Positions 34,587 through 39,286 of a stretch of DNA of 39,286 nucleotides are shown piece after piece. Source of the DNA: Octopus bimaculoides. Lineage: Eukaryota. The notes under the pieces were generated by a model. That model was not told the origin of the DNA and did no database searches. It saw only the letters and a list, made by a program, of their open reading frames with translations. Positions within the stretch are counted from its first letter, which is position 1. Each line of letters starts with the position of its first letter. Where the stretch lies: contig NC_068983.1 of the NCBI RefSeq assembly GCF_001194135.2, positions 162,303,973-162,343,258 of the forward strand, written 5' to 3'. The translations under genes and the position numbers were made by a program.

Positions 34587-34761
34587 TCTTATATATTAGT
34601 TTGGACTGGTGTCCTCCTCTTGATCGTTGCTTTGACTATGTTTCAGCTGTGTGTGTTCCATCTTTCTTCAGGTGTTTTGTGATTCACCATCCCGACTAAT
34701 ACAAAACATTTAATTCTGTATTTCTGAGATAAGGAATTTTTTATATTTTTGTCTTACACAG

Positions 34762-34887
34762 AACCTGCATTGATTGCCAAATCTTCAGTTACTCTTGATG
34801 TCAAACCATGGGACGATGAGACAGACATGAAGAAGATGGAAGAATGTGTTCGTACAATACAAATGGATGGTTTGCTATGGGGAGCTT
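34762..34887 (+). CDS. EEF1D: eEF1D coding exon 6 ([42 protein letters not shown]), GEF domain
   Basis: ttttgtcttacacag| acceptor and T|gtaagt donor, phase 1-1. Hallmark EF1B GEF sequence. Confidence 0.97.
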
Positions 34888-35074
34888 GTAAGTAGTTTTT
34901 CTTTAAAACTAAACTGTTTTTAATGGGGAATTTAAAAACTTGTATTCAATTTTTAAATATTTTCCGGTCATTATATTGTTACTTACCATTTGTAAATAAT
35001 AATAATAATGACAATGGCAGTATCATTGATAGTTGTTCAACCATTTACTTTGGTGCTGCAACTCCATTGTTGAT

Positions 35075-35135
35075 GTGTCCCCTGCCGTACACGTTGCCCG
35101 TGTCCCCTGCCGTACACGTTGCCCGTGTCCCCTGC
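35075..35135 (+). repeat. Perfect 25-bp tandem repeat, 2.4 copies (gtgtcccctgccgtacacgttgccc)
   Basis: Direct reading. Confidence 0.95.
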
Positions 35136-35644
35136 TACTTAAATTAACACATGTCTATGGGTTTCTGTAGAATATGTAGCACAATTTATTGAATTTCTTC
35201 CAGTTAGAGCAATTTCTCTCCGAAGTTTGTTGACTCTGAATCTGTGTAAGACAATAATTAGTTCCACGACCTACAGATGGATGGTACTCCCTTAATTGAG
35301 GACCCAGTAAAATAGATATTTTTAAAGCATTTTGTTTTGTATTTAACTTGCATTTTAGTTTAATGTTAATTCTTCTCCATGAAGTTGAAAGCAAATTCCC
35401 TTCTAACAGATATTTCATGCCATTTATTGGTGTCTTACTTGTCGATCTGGAGTCTTAATCCCGAAGACCCTGATAATTCTTCTATGCAGAATTTCTGGTC
35501 CAGATTATCAATAGTTTTGGCAAGGCAGTCATGATAGAAAATATCAAATTTGTCAAACTTTTATGTCCAAGCCTTGCAGATTAATAATTGATAGAAGACC
35601 GTGTTAAAACTGCCCTTTAATGTACACAGATTCCCATATTAAAC

Positions 35645-35860
35645 TTAACCCTTCAGCATTTAAACCGGCCATGTCTGGCCTGAATATTTTGCACGTTCAA
35701 ATTGGCCACATCCAGCCTCTCGCACCTACTCTACAATGTCATTCTAAAAGTAAACAATCACATTGTCAAAATCTTGAACTTATGAGGTAATACACAATTA
35801 ATTCAATGTAAATAAATAAGCTTTACATTTAACAGAATAATATGAATGCGAAAGGGTTTA
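35645..35860 (+). mobile_element. piggyBac-like MITE family 2
   Basis: ttaa|cccttcagcattt ... tgcgaaaggg|ttta. Confidence 0.8.
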
Positions 35861-36067
35861 AGTTGACTTTAACCACAATACAAAATTGTTTTGTGTTTGT
35901 AAATTAGATTTGGTTAATTCTAATTAATTTGTTATTGCTGTCCCCACTCCTGCCCCGGTTTTATTGTATAATGTTTCTAACAATTTAAAACAAACCCCTT
36001 CACTTTTTGCACCTTCTCCTGAATTCAGTAATTAACATTGCTTAACTTTTCCCTTTGTAAATTCTAG

Positions 36068-36183
36068 CCAAGTTAGCACCTCTTGCTTATGGAATAAAAA
36101 AACTGATAATCTTGTGTGTTGTGGAAGATGAAAAAGTCAGTGTTGATGACTTGCAAGAAAAAATTTGTGAATTTGAAGATTAT
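36068..36183 (+). CDS. EEF1D: eEF1D coding exon 7 ([39 protein letters not shown])
   Basis: attctag| acceptor and TAT|gtaagt donor, phase 1-0. GEF domain. Confidence 0.97.
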
Positions 36184-36242
36184 GTAAGTACCCTTGAAAT
36201 AATAATTAAAATTTTATGTTTGTTCATTTGACCCCTAGCAAT

Positions 36243-36410
36243 CACCATTGAAGAAGGGACCCTGTCAAAGGCTTCCTCCAGCTCAATGAATGCCAAATAC
36301 AAGTATTCTTCCTCAGCTAAATGCGTCTCCTGCAGTTGCCTCACCATGATAGAGAACAACAGTGGTACTCGTCCTTGGCACAAAACCAAACCACATCTCA
36401 TCAAGGCTAA
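36243..36410 (-). mobile_element. RTE reverse transcriptase fragment, antisense in the last eEF1D intron
   Basis: DEMRCGL...MVRQLQETHLAEEEYLYLAFIELEEAFDRVPSS, the same motif as 12720-12770. Confidence 0.8.
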
Positions 36411-36543
36411 TCTTTTTCTAGTTCCAATTATAACTCTTTGTAACTTTCATAGCCTGATCCAGCAATTTATTGTTGATAATTACTTGCAAGACATCTCAGA
36501 TTTTGTCTAATTTGTTAATTCTCTTTAATTAATTTTATTTCAG

Positions 36544-36582
36544 GTTCAAAGTGTGGATATTGCAGCTTTCAATAAAATCTGA
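36544..36582 (+). CDS. EEF1D: eEF1D last coding exon (VQSVDIAAFNKI*)
   Basis: aattttatttcag| acceptor, universal EF1B C-terminus, TGA at 36580-36582. Confidence 0.97.
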   Translation, partial: VQSVDIAAFNKI

Positions 36583-36621
36583 GGCGGAGTTCAAGACACA
36601 TGTTATTTAAAGAGCTCATAA

Positions 36622-36627
36622 AATAAA
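36622..36627 (+). terminator. Polyadenylation signal AATAAA of eEF1D
   Basis: 40 nt after the stop, followed by T/GT-rich sequence. Confidence 0.65.
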
Positions 36628-36742
36628 GTTCTTCAAAATAATTTGTTTTACTTTTTAATTTGAAACAGAAATCTATCATTTCTATTTGGATATATTTAAG
36701 CAGTGTGGAAAACCTGTTTGAAGTTTCATAATTGTTTATATA

Positions 36743-37113
36743 GGCGTAGGTGTGGTTGTGTGGTAAGTAGCTTGCTTACGAACCACATAGTTCCGGGTTC
36801 AGTCCTACTGCGTGGCACCTTGAGCAAGTGTCTTCTACTATAGCCTCAGGCCGACCAAAGCCTTGTGAGTAGATTTGGTAGACAGAAACTGAAAGCCCGT
36901 TGTGTGTATATATATGTGTCTGTGTTTATCCCCACCAACATCACTTGACAACCGATGCTAGTGTGTTTACGTCCCCTTAACTTAGCGGTTCGGCAAAGGT
37001 AACCGATAGAATAAGTACTAGGCTTACAAAGAATAAGTCCTGGGGTTGATTAGCTCGACTAAAAGGCGGTGCTCCAGCATGGCCACAGTCAAATGACTGA
37101 AACAAGTAAAAGA
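36743..37113 (+). mobile_element. Full-length tRNA-derived SINE family C (probably OR/Nin-domain type)
   Basis: A-box-like tggttgtgtggtaa, B box gggttcagtcc, central gccttgtgagtagatttggtagacagaaactgaaagccc, 3' aatgactgaaacaagtaaaaga. The family name is from recall only. Confidence 0.8.
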
Positions 37114-38540
37114 CTGTGTAAAATTAGGTTTGTTTTAAGCTGTCTTCACCTTTGCTGAAAATAGGGAACCCTCTCCATTTGTAGTGTTGGTTAATATTTG
37201 AAGCTTTCCAAACTAGACAGGTCTAACAGGAAAGTGTTTGGGCTAAATTTGGACAATTTTATCCGGAATGGCTTGAGGTATTGGTGAATAGTCAATGGCA
37301 TTGGAGAGCATAAAGATTAAAGTTGTAGTTGAGAAAAAGTTAGCTGACATGGAGGACTGTAAGCCATTTGAATATTGGAAAGGAGTCACCCGTATCACGA
37401 GGATTTGCAGTGGGTATCAAAATGCCAACATCATGACTGCTGCTCAATGCCCTGTGGACAGCAGGCATTCTGACTGTGTCTGCATGCCAAGGTTAACAAC
37501 TGCAGGACTGGACCTTAAGACTCAATTCAGATGGCTATGTGAAGTTTCTTATTTCTTTACTACACACAGAGGGGACAAACGGATTAAGTCGATTATATCA
37601 ACCCCCAGTGCGTAACTGGTACTTATTTAATCAACCCTACCGCGTGTGCGATGGACGAAAACGTAAATCTGATCGATTGTTCTGACAGTCCANNNNNNNN
37701 NNNNNNNNNNNNNNNNNNNNNNNNNNNNNNNNNNNNNNNNNNNNNNNNNNNNNNNNNNNNNNNNNNNNNNNNNNNNNNNNNNNNNNNNNNNNNNNNNNNN
37801 NNNNNNNNNNNNNNNNNNNNNNNNNNNNNNNNNNNNNNNNNNNNNNNNNNNNNNNNNNNNNNNNNNNNNNNNNNNNNNNNNNNNNNNNNNNNNNNNNNNN
37901 NNNNNNNNNNNNNNNNNNNNNNNNNNNNNNNNNNNNNNNNNNNNNNNNNNNNNNNNNNNNNNNNNNNNNNNNNNNNNNNNNNNNNNNNNNNNNNNNNNNN
38001 NNNNNNNNNNNNNNNNNNNNNNNNNNNNNNNNNNNNNNNNNNNNNNNNNNNNNNNNNNNNNNNNNNNNNNNNNNNNNNNNNNNNNNNNNNNNNNNNNNNN
38101 NNNNNNNNNNNNNNNNNNNNNNNNNNNNNNNNNNNNNNNNNNNNNNNNNNNNNNNNNNNNNNNNNNNNNNNNNNNNNNNNNNNNNNNNNNNNNNNNNNNN
38201 NNNNNNNNNNNNNNNNNNNNNNNNNNNNNNNNNNNNNNNNNNNNNNNNNNNNNNNNNNNNNNNNNNNNNNNNNNNNNNNNNNNNNNNNNNNNNNNNNNNN
38301 NNNNNNNNNNNNNNNNNNNNNNNNNNNNNNNNNNNNNNNNNNNNNNNNNNNNNNNNNNNNNNNNNNNNNNNNNNNNNNNNNNNNNNNNNNNNNNNNNNNN
38401 NNNNNNNNNNNNNNNNNNNNNNNNNNNNNNNNNNNNNNNNNNNNNNNNNNNNNNNNNNNNNNNNNNNNNNNNNNNNNNNNNNNNNNNNNNNNNNNNNNNN
38501 NNNNNNNNNNNNNNNNNNNNNNNNNNNNNNNNNNNNNNNC

Positions 38541-38634
38541 AGATTGGAGCCTGGTGTCGCCTCCTGGTCCACCAGTCCTCATTCAAATCGTCCAACCCAT
38601 GCTAGCATGGAAAGCGGATGTTAAACGATGATGA
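38541..38634 (+). mobile_element. RTE LINE 3' tail end (rest in gap)
   Basis: agattggagcctggtgt...aacccatgctagcatggaaagcggatgttaaacgatgatg. Confidence 0.8.
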
Positions 38635-38715
38635 TTTACTTGCTTTGAAGCTGTGTACCCTACAGCTTAGCTGTGTACCCTATATTTAAACTGTCTCCTT
38701 TTGTTCTCATTTCAG

Positions 38716-39008
38716 TTGAGATGTTTCCGAAATGTTTATTCAAAATCCTGGAAGGTTTATTTCCATATATCTATCATCCTGTGGAATCCTTAGATTCTGA
38801 TGGCAACAAATCCAAGCAGAAACATCATCACCACCATCACCATCACCACCAACAACCACAACAACACTCGCTGTCTGTGGTCGAGGATCTTGCCAGCTTT
38901 AAACGCTATCGATGGAAAAAGGACATCAGCGGTTGTGATCCTTCTTTGGTTGTTCTCTACAAGGCACTTCACTCCTCCTTCCTTCGTCTTAGCTGGCTTA
39001 TTCCGAAA
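38716..39008 (+). CDS. Candidate exon of an unidentified downstream gene (MFPKCLFKILEG...H9QQPQQH...LRLSWLIPK)
   Basis: Strong acceptor ctgtctccttttgttctcatttcag| and AAA|gtaagt donor. Frame open throughout, ATG at 38721. No homology recognised. Confidence 0.4.
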
Positions 39009-39071
39009 GTAAGTTGGTCTGTATTTGGTTTTATGTTATTGTGAAGTTGTTGCTGTAATTGTTGTTTAATC

Positions 39072-39286
39072 CCTGGTGCTGGTGCCACTTAAAAGCACCC
39101 AATCCACACCGTAAAGTGGTTGGTGTTCAGAAGGGCATCCAGCTGTAAAAACCTTGCCAAAACTGACCTCGCCTGTGCTTGTGCCACGTAAAAAGCACTA
39201 AGTCCACTCTGTTGGGTGGTTGGTATTAGGAAGGGCATCTAGCTGTAAAAACCTTGCCAAAACTAACCTCACCCATGCTTGAGCCA
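39072..39286 (+). mobile_element. Two tandem partial RTE 3' UTR units, truncated by the window end
   Basis: gccac.t.aaaagcac...gtggttgg...aggaagggcat..agctgtaaaaaccttgccaaaact occurs twice. Confidence 0.75.

Larger units (their letters stand above)
2599..36645 (+). other. EEF1D: Gene span: eukaryotic translation elongation factor 1-delta (eEF1B-delta), 9 exons, 269 aa
   Basis: The spliced product has an N-terminal ESVW..PRY.AAE motif, a leucine-zipper segment, an acidic LFGSDEEE region and the EF1B GEF domain ([18 protein letters not shown]...VQSVDIAAFNKI). It lacks the GST-C-like N-terminus of eEF1B-alpha (EEF1B2). Confidence 0.9.

Noticed and set aside
36571-36576. AATAAA inside the last codons
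   Set aside because: It encodes the conserved Asn-Lys of FNKI. A canonical signal exists at 36622.
37140-37615. 106-aa + ORF and possible minus-strand LINE endonuclease traces
   Set aside because: No recognisable motif or splice structure, and the ORF ends inside a SINE fragment. Similarity is too weak to call by eye.

Overview
AT-rich, repeat-dense animal genomic DNA from a draft assembly with six N-gaps. The SINE, RTE-tail and MITE families resemble those of octopus, but that taxon is inferred from recall and was not verified. The main feature is one + strand spliced gene that I reconstructed by hand as translation elongation factor 1-delta (eEF1D / eEF1B-delta). It has a probable TOP/TCT-type non-coding exon 1 (~2599-2645) and 8 coding exons (7577-7687, 19733-19810, 31105-31189, 33168-33358, 33475-33538, 34762-34887, 36068-36183, 36544-36582). 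All introns are GT-AG with consistent phases, giving 810 nt and 269 aa. A probable divergent gene starts about 250 bp upstream on the - strand, and a candidate poly-His exon lies at the right end. The introns are filled with RTE LINE fragments and 3' tails, two tRNA-derived SINE families, piggyBac-like and hAT-like MITEs, and microsatellites. A zinc-knuckle LINE ORF1 remnant occupies the left end. The most notable element is a 5'-truncated Penelope-like insertion at 16121-16831 with a 12-bp TSD. It carries a GIY-YIG C-terminus, then an internal tRNA-like A/B-box module, then an apparently intact minimal hammerhead ribozyme, plus an inverted partial copy whose hammerhead core is mutated. No CRISPR, rRNA or prokaryotic features were found.
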